A stretch of 61,131 bases of DNA from an uncultured Candidatus Saccharibacteria bacterium (GCA_964421635.1 CAYQWZ010000007.1:1-61131); one strand, 5' to 3'; counted from the first letter of the stretch, positions 47,585 to 57,522 are shown. The notes: generated by a model not told the origin, from the letters alone. Translations and numbers: made by a program.

Positions 47585-48506
47585 TGATATTTTGCCGCAT
47601 CCATTCAACCGTCTGCTGCATGCCTTCTTCAAAAGTAACGGATGGCTGCCAGCCCATTCCCTGCAATTTGGTTGAATCTAGCACAACGCGTTGAATCTCG
47701 CCCACTCGCTCATCGGCGTAGATAGCGTCTTTTTTATATCCGGTGGCTTTTTTGGTAGCATCAAAAACTTCCTGTGTGGTTACTCCTCGCCCCGTGCCAA
47801 CATTATATGCGCCACTCATTTTATTTTCTAAAGCTAATATATTGGCTGCCACTACATCTTTAACAAAAACATAATCTCTCTCTTGGCTGCCATCACCAAA
47901 AATTGTACAGTCGCCGTTTTTAAGCATCTGATGAGTAAAGATGGCACAGACTCCCGCTTCACCAAAAGTTTGGCGCGGCCCATAAATGTTGCCGTAGCGC
48001 AAAGCTACATAATCTACTCCACCTGTATTTTTGCGTGAAAAAAGGTATCTCTCGACGGTCATCTTAGAAACTCCATACGGCGACAGCGGAGCAATTGGCG
48101 TCTCTTCAGTGCAAGGAATATTTTCTGGCTTTGGGTCACCGTATCCTGCTCCACCACTATTAGAATAGATTATCTTTTTCACTCCGTTTTTCTCCGCCGC
48201 CAAGATTATATTTAGGGAACCGACAATATTGGTGTTGACATCGAATAAAGGATCTTCGACAGATTTTCGCACATCTATTTGGGCAGCGTGATGATCAATT
48301 ATCTCTGGCTTGAATTCAGCCATCGCTTTGTCTACCGCCGCCTTATCTGAAATGTCTATGTTATAATGTTTGGCTTTTGGATTTAGATACTCTTTAAAAC
48401 CAGTTGAGAGATTGTCTATTATGGCAACCTCGTGCCCCGCCTCAATAAAAGCGTCTGCGACCTGTGAGCCAATAAATCCGGCACCGCCTGTGACTAAAAT
48501 TTTCAT
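47571..48506 (-). CDS. NAD-dependent epimerase/dehydratase (UDP-glucose 4-epimerase-like)
   Basis: TGGAGFIGS Rossmann motif and YGVSK (YxxxK). Confidence 0.8.
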   Translation of the reverse strand: MKILVTGGAGFIGSQVADAFIEAGHEVAIIDNLSTGFKEYLNPKAKHYNIDISDKAAVDKAMAEFKPEIIDHHAAQIDVRKSVEDPLFDVNTNIVGSLNIILAAEKNGVKKIIYSNSGGAGYGDPKPENIPCTEETPIAPLSPYGVSKMTVERYLFSRKNTGGVDYVALRYGNIYGPRQTFGEAGVCAIFTHQMLKNGDCTIFGDGSQERDYVFVKDVVAANILALENKMSGAYNVGTGRGVTTQEVFDATKKATGYKKDAIYADERVGEIQRVVLDSTKLQGMGWQPSVTFEEGMQQTVEWMRQNINESN

Positions 48507-48515
48507 TCTCTAAAC

Positions 48516-48800
48516 TTAGTTATCTAATAATAATTCTACAGCGTTTGAGTCTTGAATTGAACCAGGATCTTGAATTTGACCCCGTGTGTCAGAGCCCTGT
48601 AAATCTATGCCTGAAGCGGAACCCTGAATAGCCTGTCCGCCAGCCGCTCCAGTCGCATCTGTCGCCCCTTGAGAGCCGCCCGAATAATTAGCTGCTCCAC
48701 TTATTGAAGTAGTATTTTGGCCAGATAAAGTAATAAAAAGCCCAAAGCCTAAAACCACTACCCAGAAAGCTGATATTACCCATAAAATTCTTTGTCTCAT
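48516..48800 (-). CDS. small secreted/anchored G/S/A-rich protein
   Basis: N-terminal TM (ILWVISAFWVVVLGFGLFI) followed by a low-complexity region. Confidence 0.4.
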   Translation of the reverse strand: MRQRILWVISAFWVVVLGFGLFITLSGQNTTSISGAANYSGGSQGATDATGAAGGQAIQGSASGIDLQGSDTRGQIQDPGSIQDSNAVELLLDN

Positions 48801-48882
48801 TTGAAAAATTTATTTATGACTGCTAGATTGATTATATCATTACCTCGACCATCACTATAATTTATGATATAACTATTTAGTA

Positions 48883-49236
48883 ATGTCTAAAAGATATAAT
48901 CCAATTTACGAAGAGTATTGGCACTCCCTAATAAACCAAAGCGCTATCCGTTTTTTTATTCTACGCGTTTTGTGGAATAAGGATACCTACGGATACATTT
49001 TAAGCAAAGAAGTCAAAGAAATGAGCTGGGGTTTTTGTGAACCAACCGAAAGTACTCTCTACCCCGCCCTAGCCAAAATGGAGAAAGAGAAATTAATTTT
49101 TTCTACTAGAGTTGAAGCTCAGGCTCGTACTCGTAAAATGTATTCTATTACAGAAAAAGGTAAGGATGCTTTTCGTATCGCCGCTAAAGTGTGGAATAAA
49201 ATTATTCCTGCGCTGCGCGAAAGCACTACCTTATAA
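48883..49236 (+). CDS. PadR family transcriptional regulator
   Basis: Winged-helix pattern YGYILSKEV ... STLYPALAKMEKEKLI. Confidence 0.8.
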   Translation: MSKRYNPIYEEYWHSLINQSAIRFFILRVLWNKDTYGYILSKEVKEMSWGFCEPTESTLYPALAKMEKEKLIFSTRVEAQARTRKMYSITEKGKDAFRIAAKVWNKIIPALRESTTL

Positions 49237-49338
49237 TAAATTCTATATAATAAGTTCTATTCAGCTACTATAGCTAGTTATCAACCAGCTATTTTTTATC
49301 CTCAAAATTTCAGATGATTTCTAGATTATAATAGAGAC

Positions 49339-51486
49339 ATGGAAAATCAAAATCCTTCGGAAACTGAGGCGCCAGTTGAGGTGAAGTCAATTTCTAGTCC
49401 GCCTGACCCAAACGCTCCAGTAACAGTCGAACCAGCACCCCTAGCTCCGCCAACACCAGAACCAGCTCCTCCTGCTCCACCAACTCCACTGGCAACTACG
49501 GTTGACGAAGTACCAGTTGAACCGGCTGCGCCAGTCGAGCCTGTTCCGCCAACCCCGCCAACTGGAATAGACAATGTCACTCTGACCGAAAATCTAAAAC
49601 CACCACGCAGTGTCAAACATATCGCTAAAATATTTGGGCTAGGATTACTTATTTTTCTTGTACTATTTGCAGTTACGGCCGCTGCCGCCGAATTAGGATT
49701 TGTAAACACGGGTATAGACAAACTTTACGGCCGCACCAAATTAGCCGCTCTTTGGGGTGGAATTCCGGCCAACAACGAAACAGCACTAACTTTATTGCTT
49801 ACTCATCCTTCAAAAACTCCCAAAAACTTCAGCGGCCAACTTAACTTGAATATAGACGGTGAATTCCGCAGCCTTTTCAACTACTCTGCTTTGACCCCAA
49901 CCGACGGTGTCGAAATACCTGGACTAAGTGAAGATAATCCATCAAATTCACCTGACACCATTAGATTCAATAGCTTTCCTAAAGCCGCTGGTCCAATTAA
50001 TCAGCCGTTCGCTTTAAAAAATTATGCTCAAATGACCGAGAGTGAACTCGATCCACAAGTCTTTCCCTTCAATTACCAGCTGGGCGTTGAGTTTGCATTT
50101 TTAAATGATTTCAATGAAGCCAAAGTGAATATTGGCCTAACCTCAGAAGGATTTCTGAAAGATGAACTGGGTATTAATGATGTAGCCACAGAAATAATCT
50201 TTAAAAATAGAGCCTTCTATATTAAGGTTCCGCAAAACATTCCACAGGAAGCAGCCGCTACATATAATTTTGACCCAAGCTGGGCGGGCAAGTACTACAA
50301 AATTGAAGTTCCCGAAGAACAGTGGCAAAAATTTAAAGATGTATACGCCGAAGCCGAAAACTCCGATTTATTTGCAGAATACAGCGATGAGCAGAAAAAA
50401 GCCCTAATTAAACTGACTGCTAAATATACCGATCGCGTAGGCATTGAAAGAGTTAACGGAAAACCAGCTGTGCATTATCGCATAGAGATGGATACCGAAA
50501 AATTAGTTGAGTCTGCTAACGAGGCTATTGAGATTTTTAGTAGTAACACCACTAAGCAGGATATCGAAGAAATTAAAGAAGGTATTGGCGATGTTAATAT
50601 AGTTTATGATTTTTGGATTCAGTACGGCAGTTATTTGACCGTCAAAACAGATGTAGATTTTTCAATTGCCTCCCCAATGATTACCCTAAACGCCGATTTG
50701 GGCAGCACCAACCAATCTATTGCTTACGACAGCATCACCATAAATGCACCTGATACTGCAGATGTAATAGACTTTGAAAGTAATCCTACTTATAACCCCC
50801 AAGCTCAGGCCAGAGATGCAACTAGAAAATCTGATTTACGCCAAATTGCTTCTCTAATAGAAGCCTACGGTGCCGACAATAAACAATATCCTATTTCAAC
50901 AGAAAAAGTGATTATTACTGAAACAGACGTATTAGATTCTGTGTTTGGATTAGATTCTGTTTCTGAACAAGAAAGAAGAATCGTTTCAACAATAGGCCCA
51001 AATGTTACCAACGATTACTATACCTACCAGACAGATGCTGAGGGTAATGTTTATTCCTTAACAGCCATACTTGAAGCCTGCGATACAGATTGCGTTTATT
51101 CCTATCCTGAAGGAGTAAGCTTGAGTGATGAAGAGACAAAGGCCACAGCAGTGAATGATTTAGGCACGACCAAAGGACGAGATCAGAAACGCAAAGATGA
51201 TCTCTCGGCTGTTGGTGATGCGCTGGCAATTTATCAGCGAGAGAACAAAAAATATCCGGTAGCCAATAAAATTATCAAGTTAAGTGACGATGGCAACGCT
51301 GTGCAGAAAGCTATCAAAGATATTTTAAGTCCTTTGCCTAATGACCCGACGCCAGATACTTTCTATTACGGATACTCCTCTAACGGCACTACTGCCACAC
51401 TAACAGCCGTGATGGAAGATTCAAACGAAGTTAACTGCACAGTATCAGGAAATTATTGCATCTATCAGTATAAGCTCGGCAATTAA
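49339..51486 (+). CDS. membrane-anchored protein with Pro-rich N-terminus and two pilin/pseudopilin-like head modules
   Basis: PAPPAPPTP repeats and TM (IFGLGLLIFLVLFAVTAAAA). Two modules begin ARDATRKSDLRQIASLIEAYGADNKQYP and GRDQKRKDDLSAVGDALAIYQRENKKYP. Confidence 0.55.
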   Translation: MENQNPSETEAPVEVKSISSPPDPNAPVTVEPAPLAPPTPEPAPPAPPTPLATTVDEVPVEPAAPVEPVPPTPPTGIDNVTLTENLKPPRSVKHIAKIFGLGLLIFLVLFAVTAAAAELGFVNTGIDKLYGRTKLAALWGGIPANNETALTLLLTHPSKTPKNFSGQLNLNIDGEFRSLFNYSALTPTDGVEIPGLSEDNPSNSPDTIRFNSFPKAAGPINQPFALKNYAQMTESELDPQVFPFNYQLGVEFAFLNDFNEAKVNIGLTSEGFLKDELGINDVATEIIFKNRAFYIKVPQNIPQEAAATYNFDPSWAGKYYKIEVPEEQWQKFKDVYAEAENSDLFAEYSDEQKKALIKLTAKYTDRVGIERVNGKPAVHYRIEMDTEKLVESANEAIEIFSSNTTKQDIEEIKEGIGDVNIVYDFWIQYGSYLTVKTDVDFSIASPMITLNADLGSTNQSIAYDSITINAPDTADVIDFESNPTYNPQAQARDATRKSDLRQIASLIEAYGADNKQYPISTEKVIITETDVLDSVFGLDSVSEQERRIVSTIGPNVTNDYYTYQTDAEGNVYSLTAILEACDTDCVYSYPEGVSLSDEETKATAVNDLGTTKGRDQKRKDDLSAVGDALAIYQRENKKYPVANKIIKLSDDGNAVQKAIKDILSPLPNDPTPDTFYYGYSSNGTTATLTAVMEDSNEVNCTVSGNYCIYQYKLGN

Positions 51487-52289
51487 TCAAGCAGCTTCTC
51501 TGCCAGTTTGAGCTGCTCTAGGGTGTTGACTCCGAGCGCTTCACGCCAGTCGCCGACTAGGCTAGTGACAACTTTTTGTCGCTCGTCAATGGCAATCTTT
51601 AACAAATCTGTTAAATAATACTCTTTTTGAGAATTGTTATTTTTGACTTTTTTTAAAGCTTCAAAAAGCCATTTCGTCTCGAATAAATATAACGAAGGAT
51701 TACACTCGTTGATCTCTAATTCTTCAGCTTTCGCATCGCGCTGCTCCACAATTTTTTTCAAACCATTTTTTTCGTCTCGCACTATGCGACCGTATGCAAA
51801 AAATTTAGCGCTGTATTTTGAATCATTAAATTCTACTGTGGCTAAAGTTAGGACTGGCAAAGTTTGGGCATGCTTTATTATTAAACCAATAATTGTTTTA
51901 GCGCTCCAAGCAGGCATGTCACCGTTTAGTGCTAGTACAACGCCGGCGCCGCTTTTTTTCACCGCGTCACAGCAGACCTGCACCGCGTGCCCCGTCCCCA
52001 GCGGCGCCGGCTTCTGCTCAACATAAGTAACTTTGTCTTTTAGATGATTTCGCACAACTGACTGCATAAAATTAACTACCGCAATTGGTTTTTTAAGCTC
52101 AATTTCGACGGGCAAACCTTTTTTAACTGCTACTAGCGTTTCTAAAACATAGTCAATTAAAGGCTTATTCTTCAGCGGATACAAAACTTTAGGCATTTCT
52201 CCTAATCCTTCTTCTTTAGCTTCTTTTAAAATTCGTTTACCTTTTCCGGCGGCTAAAATTACAGGTTGAATAATGAGCTTTTTTGACAT
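51483..52289 (-). CDS. sugar-phosphate nucleotidyltransferase (GlmU N-terminal-like)
   Basis: VILAAGKGKRI signature, GTGHAV, about 270 aa with no acetyltransferase domain. Confidence 0.7.
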   Translation of the reverse strand: MSKKLIIQPVILAAGKGKRILKEAKEEGLGEMPKVLYPLKNKPLIDYVLETLVAVKKGLPVEIELKKPIAVVNFMQSVVRNHLKDKVTYVEQKPAPLGTGHAVQVCCDAVKKSGAGVVLALNGDMPAWSAKTIIGLIIKHAQTLPVLTLATVEFNDSKYSAKFFAYGRIVRDEKNGLKKIVEQRDAKAEELEINECNPSLYLFETKWLFEALKKVKNNNSQKEYYLTDLLKIAIDERQKVVTSLVGDWREALGVNTLEQLKLAEKLLD

Positions 52290-52308
52290 AAGAGATTATT
52301 GTAGCATG

Positions 52309-52337
52309 TTGACATTCGCTACTTTAAAAGTTAATCT
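52309..52337 (+). promoter_or_regulatory. sigma70-like promoter
   Basis: TTGACA-17 nt-TAATCT. Confidence 0.5.
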
Positions 52338-52359
52338 ACAAGCGCGGAAGGAGAAACGG

Positions 52360-53100
52360 ATGTGCACCTCTGACGCACCCAAACCGAAACAAGGGTTTTT
52401 GGTCTATGTACTGGTAGCTCATATATCAACAGAAGCTGATATCAGATTCGGCAGCTGTTGGTCAAAAAAGCTCGGTGCAAGATATAGAGACCCGCAAGCG
52501 TTAGTTGGTTTTATGAGTCAACCAAGACTCGTTTTTGGTGTTGGCCACTGCGACACTCCAATGGAGTTTTTTCCTCCAGCTAATATCGTCGAAGACTTCA
52601 GTTCATCTCGCGGTTGGGCCCGCGATTGCGAACTGCGTGAAGTAACTGCCGAGAGAGCTGCTACGCTGCCTGCTTGGGGCACTTCACCCGAATGGGAAGA
52701 GTGGGAACGAAACAGAAGCCAAGCAGATGAAGGGACTGGCGAAGACATTCCGGATGATGAGGCTGATAGAGTTGTTATTACCGACACCAATGGCGAACAA
52801 CATAGAGTTAACTTGCGCGCAGTTGCTAATTTCAGATGGTCTGAATGTACTACATATTGTATACTGCCAATCAACTCCCTAGGTGGGAAGATTACTGTAG
52901 CAATAGCCAAAGACCAAATAGGAAGAGAAGGGGTTAGTATCATTGTCTTCGACATTCTAAGAATGTACGGCTACAACCCAGACAGCGTTTCATTTGTTTC
53001 TTGTTTCCGACATGAATTAGAAGAACTTATTATGCAACTTCAAGATCATTTTAAGCACAATGATGACAACCCCGATGAGCCCCCTCAAGAAATCGAGTAG
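52360..53100 (+). CDS. hypothetical protein (GC-enriched cassette)
   Basis: ATG lies 6 nt after GGAAGGAG and downstream of the promoter; the track ORF start at 52273 precedes the promoter. No motif. Confidence 0.5.
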   Translation: MCTSDAPKPKQGFLVYVLVAHISTEADIRFGSCWSKKLGARYRDPQALVGFMSQPRLVFGVGHCDTPMEFFPPANIVEDFSSSRGWARDCELREVTAERAATLPAWGTSPEWEEWERNRSQADEGTGEDIPDDEADRVVITDTNGEQHRVNLRAVANFRWSECTTYCILPINSLGGKITVAIAKDQIGREGVSIIVFDILRMYGYNPDSVSFVSCFRHELEELIMQLQDHFKHNDDNPDEPPQEIE

Positions 53101-53120
53101 ACGCTCAATTCGCAAACCCC

Positions 53121-53165
53121 AGACCGCTACCACCTGCCAACTGGCAAACCGGCGGTCTTTTTTTA
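53121..53165 (+). terminator. intrinsic terminator
   Basis: agaccgc ... gcggtct stem enclosing tgccaactggca, followed by TTTTTTT. Confidence 0.5.
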
Positions 53166-54512
53166 TTCCTTTTCGTTGAATTTAAAACCAAAAGCATGGG
53201 CAGGTGGGGTTTGCTTGTCGCGTATAGCCATAGCTGAAGCGCGAAGAGCTACTCCTTCACCGAACTTATCGTTAATTAAATCTAGAGCATCTAAGAGAAG
53301 GTCTGAGCGCCGTTCGAGCAGCAGCAATGGTCTGGTCAGCTGATTATCTGCCCCCAACAGCGAAACCGCTACACCGACCATGCGTACTGGTTTGAAAAAT
53401 TTAAAACTGTCCACAATCTGCTCCGCGTAAAAATAGATTTCTTGACCATCACGCACATAATTTTTTAAAGTGATGTGACCGCCGCGACCCGTTAAATCGG
53501 AGAAACGGAAGAAAACACCAATTTGGCGGGCGGCGAAACCTTTGGCCCTCATGCGTCTGCCCACTCGCTCGCACTGATGATACAAAAATCTTTTCGCGTC
53601 TTTGAGAGTGTAAAACTGAGCCGGCATAGTAATTGAGTGTGAAAAACTTTTTTCTTTTGGCTGTGCATAATGCACTACCACTTCTCTGTCGTCGCGCCCC
53701 CAAGCGTAGTCTTGCAGTCGCTCCCCCACAACGCCAAAAATCTTTTTTATCATAGTTCGGTCAGCCGCTCTGAGCTCAGCCACGGTGTTAATTCCTAACT
53801 GCTTCAAATGTTTTTTAATGCGCTGGCCAATGCCACAGAATTCATCAAGCTCAACCTTTAATACCAGCCCATCAATAGTTTTAATTTTTAGTCGCGATCT
53901 ATTCTCCCCGTATTGCGGCACCGCGACCAGAAACATTCCGCGCCGCACTGTTTGGGCAAAACTGTTGGGCACTACTATTTGTAATCCGTCTGGCTTGAAA
54001 GTATCGCCCGCTAATTTGGCCAAAAATTTATTCGGCGCCAGCCCAATTGAGCAAGTTATGTAATCCCCAATTTCACGACGGATATCTGCTTTAATTTGGC
54101 AAGCAATATTGGCTGCCGCCTGCAACTCGTTTTCGCATCCTGCTACCCGACTAGTCACATCGGCGAAACACTCGTCTAAACTAAAGACCTCAACTTGGGG
54201 CGTCTGACGGATTACAATCTCTACCACTCGTCTGGCCACATCGTGATATTTCTCGTTGTTGCCCGAAACCAATAAAAGATTAGGACAGATTGCGGCGGCC
54301 TCCGTCGTAGCCATAGCGGTCTTCACTCCGGCCGCCTTGGCCTCTATTGAACAGGCTGCTATTACAGAACGAGAACCGGGCCGGCCGCCAACGCCAATTG
54401 GTCGCCCTCGCAAAAAAGGATTAGCCTGCTGCTCCACCGTGGCAAAAAAAGAGTTCATATCGATATGAAAGATAAAGCGATTTTGATGTTCGGTTTTTGT
54501 TTGGTTTTGCAC
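53163..54512 (-). CDS. dinB: Y-family DNA polymerase IV
   Basis: HIDMNSFFATVEQ, SLDECF, little-finger region; about 450 aa. Confidence 0.85.
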   Translation of the reverse strand: MQNQTKTEHQNRFIFHIDMNSFFATVEQQANPFLRGRPIGVGGRPGSRSVIAACSIEAKAAGVKTAMATTEAAAICPNLLLVSGNNEKYHDVARRVVEIVIRQTPQVEVFSLDECFADVTSRVAGCENELQAAANIACQIKADIRREIGDYITCSIGLAPNKFLAKLAGDTFKPDGLQIVVPNSFAQTVRRGMFLVAVPQYGENRSRLKIKTIDGLVLKVELDEFCGIGQRIKKHLKQLGINTVAELRAADRTMIKKIFGVVGERLQDYAWGRDDREVVVHYAQPKEKSFSHSITMPAQFYTLKDAKRFLYHQCERVGRRMRAKGFAARQIGVFFRFSDLTGRGGHITLKNYVRDGQEIYFYAEQIVDSFKFFKPVRMVGVAVSLLGADNQLTRPLLLLERRSDLLLDALDLINDKFGEGVALRASAMAIRDKQTPPAHAFGFKFNEKE

Positions 54513-54664
54513 AGATTTATTGTAACAAATGGTTAGACTGAAGTGATCCTTTTCACCTCAGCCGAATGCTATCGCGTGCGGCATATCGGCTTTTTTAATA
54601 TAAAAAAGGGGCCCCGAGCAACGCGCTGTGCGTTATCCGAAGCCCAAATTGGTGCGAACCGAGG

Positions 54665-55126
54665 TTACGGCGCGGTAGGGGCAGGTACCGGATATGTCGA
54701 TCCGCCCTCCTTCAACTCCTCCAAGCTGATCGCCGGAAGAAGCTGAAGATCGTAGTCCTCCCGATTGACCGGAGGGACCGGCGGCTCGCTGATAACAATC
54801 AGCTCGACACCTTCGACGGGATTGCCATCGGCGTCGACCACTTCGGCCTTCGTCGGCGGAACCGACGAACTGACGACGATCACCGGTACATCGGACGCCG
54901 GCTGATACGGCATCATCGTCGACGATGTCGGCGATGTGTAGTATCCTGCCAGCGCTTCCTCGACGGCCGCCTTATAGGTGGCGTCCGCGGCGATCTCTTC
55001 CCGCTCCAAGCGGGCGGCCTCAGCCGCATTGCGCTCGTAGATGGCATCCCTCTCGAGACCCACCCAGAAAGCGCCGACAACCGCCATAATAACAACGACC
55101 GCACAGAACTCAGGCTTCCGGATCAT
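54665..55126 (-). CDS. membrane-anchored hypothetical protein (GC-rich cassette)
   Basis: N-terminal TM (FCAVVVIMAVVGAFWV), A/E-rich helix, P/V-rich region. Consensus promoter upstream and GGGGCCCC-TTTTTT downstream. Confidence 0.5.
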   Translation of the reverse strand: MIRKPEFCAVVVIMAVVGAFWVGLERDAIYERNAAEAARLEREEIAADATYKAAVEEALAGYYTSPTSSTMMPYQPASDVPVIVVSSSVPPTKAEVVDADGNPVEGVELIVISEPPVPPVNREDYDLQLLPAISLEELKEGGSTYPVPAPTAP

Positions 55127-55193
55127 TGTATCTCACCCTTTCTCGCCCCTTTGGGGCGAACAGAAAAACTTGTCTCCATCTGGAAACAGCGTT

Positions 55194-55222
55194 ATTATAG
55201 CAAATTCTGCCCTCTTTGTCAA
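55194..55222 (-). promoter_or_regulatory. consensus sigma70 promoter
   Basis: Minus strand TTGACA-17 nt-TATAAT exactly. Confidence 0.7.
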
Positions 55223-55536
55223 TCTGTAAATATATTAACCAAACTCAGTTAAACAAAAAAACTCCGCAACCTTAGCTACGGAGCCGGAAACATCTTCATC
55301 TATTTTCCAGCACCTCGACTTGCGCACTCGGCTGACTGATTACCCAAGCTTCAATCTCGTCTACCTTAGTCCTAATATTGTTTATCCAAACCACCATCGT
55401 TACGGTAAGACAAAGCTGCAACATAAGCAGTCCGAAAATAGACCCATTAGAGTGAGAATCATTCCTAGATACCTGCAGTGTAAACCAACCAAAGACTGCT
55501 ACAAATGCCCAACCAACAAAGGGGTCAAATTTGGCA

Positions 55537-55749
55537 TTATTGTTCTCCTTCCTCGACCGTGGTCGTCTGCTGCGTGGCCACCATTTCTCGAATGGCGGCT
55601 ATGTTATTCATTGTCACATAGCAATCAGCAGAGATGATAATCAAAAAAACCAGAAAACTCATGCGCCAAAACTGATCAATTCTTTTTCCGATGCCAAAAA
55701 AACCCATAAGTCCAGCAATCACAATCGCAAAAATCTGATGTTCCATCAC
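55537..55749 (-). CDS. small membrane protein
   Basis: 70 aa with two TM segments. A further open frame continues to about 55300 in another frame (possible frameshift). A minus-strand terminator lies at about 55262-55290. Confidence 0.4.
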   Translation of the reverse strand: MMEHQIFAIVIAGLMGFFGIGKRIDQFWRMSFLVFLIIISADCYVTMNNIAAIREMVATQQTTTVEEGEQ

Positions 55750-55893
55750 CGCTCTTCTTTCTGGCTGTTCGTTTCACCCGAACGCCACCCGCAATCTACC
55801 AAAATTACCCTAAACAGTCAATATTTAGCTTACCTGGTGTAAAATTAGTATAGAAGTAGTAATCTCCCGAACCTGAACAAAAGGAGAAACCGC

Positions 55894-57450
55894 ATGCAGC
55901 TATTCCCCATGGACGACGCCTATATCCATCTGGTGTACGCTCGCAATATAGCCAATTACGGCCAGCTGACTTTCAACTATCCCACACTCGACACTGGCAT
56001 TGGCACCAGCAGCATTCTGTGGACACTCTTGTTGGCTGGCAGCATTGAGTTAGGCTTATCACCTATATTGGCCGCCCAAATGTTGGGCGCGCTGGCCTAC
56101 TTTTTGACCATCGCGCTATCTTACTGGCTAGCCAAATCGGCATACGAAAAGATACAAAGAAAACCCGTTGTTTGGCAGCCCATTTTGATTGCCATGCTGG
56201 TGGCTTGTTCTGGCAATCTCATTTGGTTTAGTGCCAGTGGCATGGAGACAATGCTCTGGCTCGCTCTTGGGTTATGCGTAATAAAGAGCTATCTCAACCG
56301 GCGCTTCACTTTGCTAGGAGTTTTTGGCGGTCTTCTGCTTCTCACTCGTATTGAAGGATTACTCTTGCTAGCAACAATTAGTCTTGTCGATGTTTGGCAA
56401 CGAAAAGGCGTTAATGCGCAATTGATTGGCTCATTGGCATTGGCTGGTTTAATCTTAACTCCATGGCTTGGCTATACTTTTGCCCATACCGGCCACCTGT
56501 TGCCCACTACTTTTGCTGGCAAAAGTCAGGCTCACATTCAGGCCGCTCAAACAATTAGCGGTGGATTTGCTCGATGGCTGATTTATCCGTCCGTTAGTCT
56601 TGGCTACTTCATCGCTTTCGTTTTTGGTGGCGTTTATCTGCCCGGCCCAAAACTGGCAATTCCTGGGCAGCTAGGGGCGCAAATAGGTGGTCTAGCAATC
56701 CTTGCATTCATAGCGCTGGCTTTAACACTTTTTGTTAGTTGGGCTGCTGTTAGGAAAATCAAATCCGAGTCGAAATATTTTCAAGAGTTTTGGTTGATAA
56801 TCGCTGGTTGGTTAATTTTTCATAATCTTGCTTACTGGATTGCTCTGCCCACTCCTGGCACTGCTAGCCGGTATCAGGTTTTGAATCACTGGGCGCTTTG
56901 GGTCCTAGTAGGATTCGGACTGACCTGCATCGCTAAAACAAAACAACGCCTGTTTATTCCTTTGTTTGTGGCGGCGGCACTCGTAAACTCGTTTTACTGG
57001 CAACAGGTTTACAATAGTAACCTGCGGCATATGAGCCAAGTCCGCTTAACCGCCGCCACTTGGGTAAACAAAGACCTGCCCCGAGATGCAGTGGTGGCTG
57101 TTCATGATATCGGTGCTACTGGCTGGATAATGCGGCAATCTTGTTTCGATTTAGGAGGATTGATTGACGAGGCTTTCAACGAATATCGGCAAGCTGGCAG
57201 ACTAACCGACTTGCTACGAGAACGCCAAGTTCAATTCATAGTTTTGCCGACCAAGCACAGTAGTGAGAACCAAGCCATCTTCGACTACCGCCAATCGCTT
57301 GGTCTAATCGATCAATCCTTCATTCTCAAACCAATCAAACATTTTGAAAATGACTACGACGATTGGCGATTCGGCGCTCTGCCAACTTGGAACGCTCTGC
57401 CCGCCGTTACTATCTATAAGCTTCAATTTCTGGAGCCCACCCCACCCTGA
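55894..57450 (+). CDS. polytopic membrane protein, GT-C-type glycosyltransferase-like
   Basis: N-terminal MDDAYIHLVYARNIANYG motif, as in GT-C/ArnT-like or arabinofuranosyltransferase-like proteins. About 12 TM plus a soluble C-terminal domain. Confidence 0.5.
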   Translation: MQLFPMDDAYIHLVYARNIANYGQLTFNYPTLDTGIGTSSILWTLLLAGSIELGLSPILAAQMLGALAYFLTIALSYWLAKSAYEKIQRKPVVWQPILIAMLVACSGNLIWFSASGMETMLWLALGLCVIKSYLNRRFTLLGVFGGLLLLTRIEGLLLLATISLVDVWQRKGVNAQLIGSLALAGLILTPWLGYTFAHTGHLLPTTFAGKSQAHIQAAQTISGGFARWLIYPSVSLGYFIAFVFGGVYLPGPKLAIPGQLGAQIGGLAILAFIALALTLFVSWAAVRKIKSESKYFQEFWLIIAGWLIFHNLAYWIALPTPGTASRYQVLNHWALWVLVGFGLTCIAKTKQRLFIPLFVAAALVNSFYWQQVYNSNLRHMSQVRLTAATWVNKDLPRDAVVAVHDIGATGWIMRQSCFDLGGLIDEAFNEYRQAGRLTDLLRERQVQFIVLPTKHSSENQAIFDYRQSLGLIDQSFILKPIKHFENDYDDWRFGALPTWNALPAVTIYKLQFLEPTPP

Positions 57451-57487
57451 CTTGCTGAAAGTTAGGGTTTTTTACTTCTACAAAACC

Positions 57488-57522
57488 AAAAGGTCAGGCA
57501 ACCTATGGCAGCCTGACCTTTT
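57488..57522. terminator. bidirectional hairpin terminator
   Basis: AAAAggtcaggc ... gcctgaccTTTT between the convergent GT-C-like gene and tRNA-Ile. Confidence 0.7.

Noticed and set aside
54553-54620. Two back-to-back hairpins between dinB and the GC-rich 54665 gene as a small RNA.
   Set aside because: They are more simply a terminator for the minus-strand gene (GGGGCCCC followed by T-run) plus an adjacent stem. There is no promoter or conservation evidence.
55320-55842. Plus-strand ORFs 55320-55637 and 55531-55842.
   Set aside because: They are basic, low-complexity, lack an SD, and run antisense to small hydrophobic minus-strand ORFs. Those minus-strand ORFs end at a minus-strand terminator (~55262-55290).
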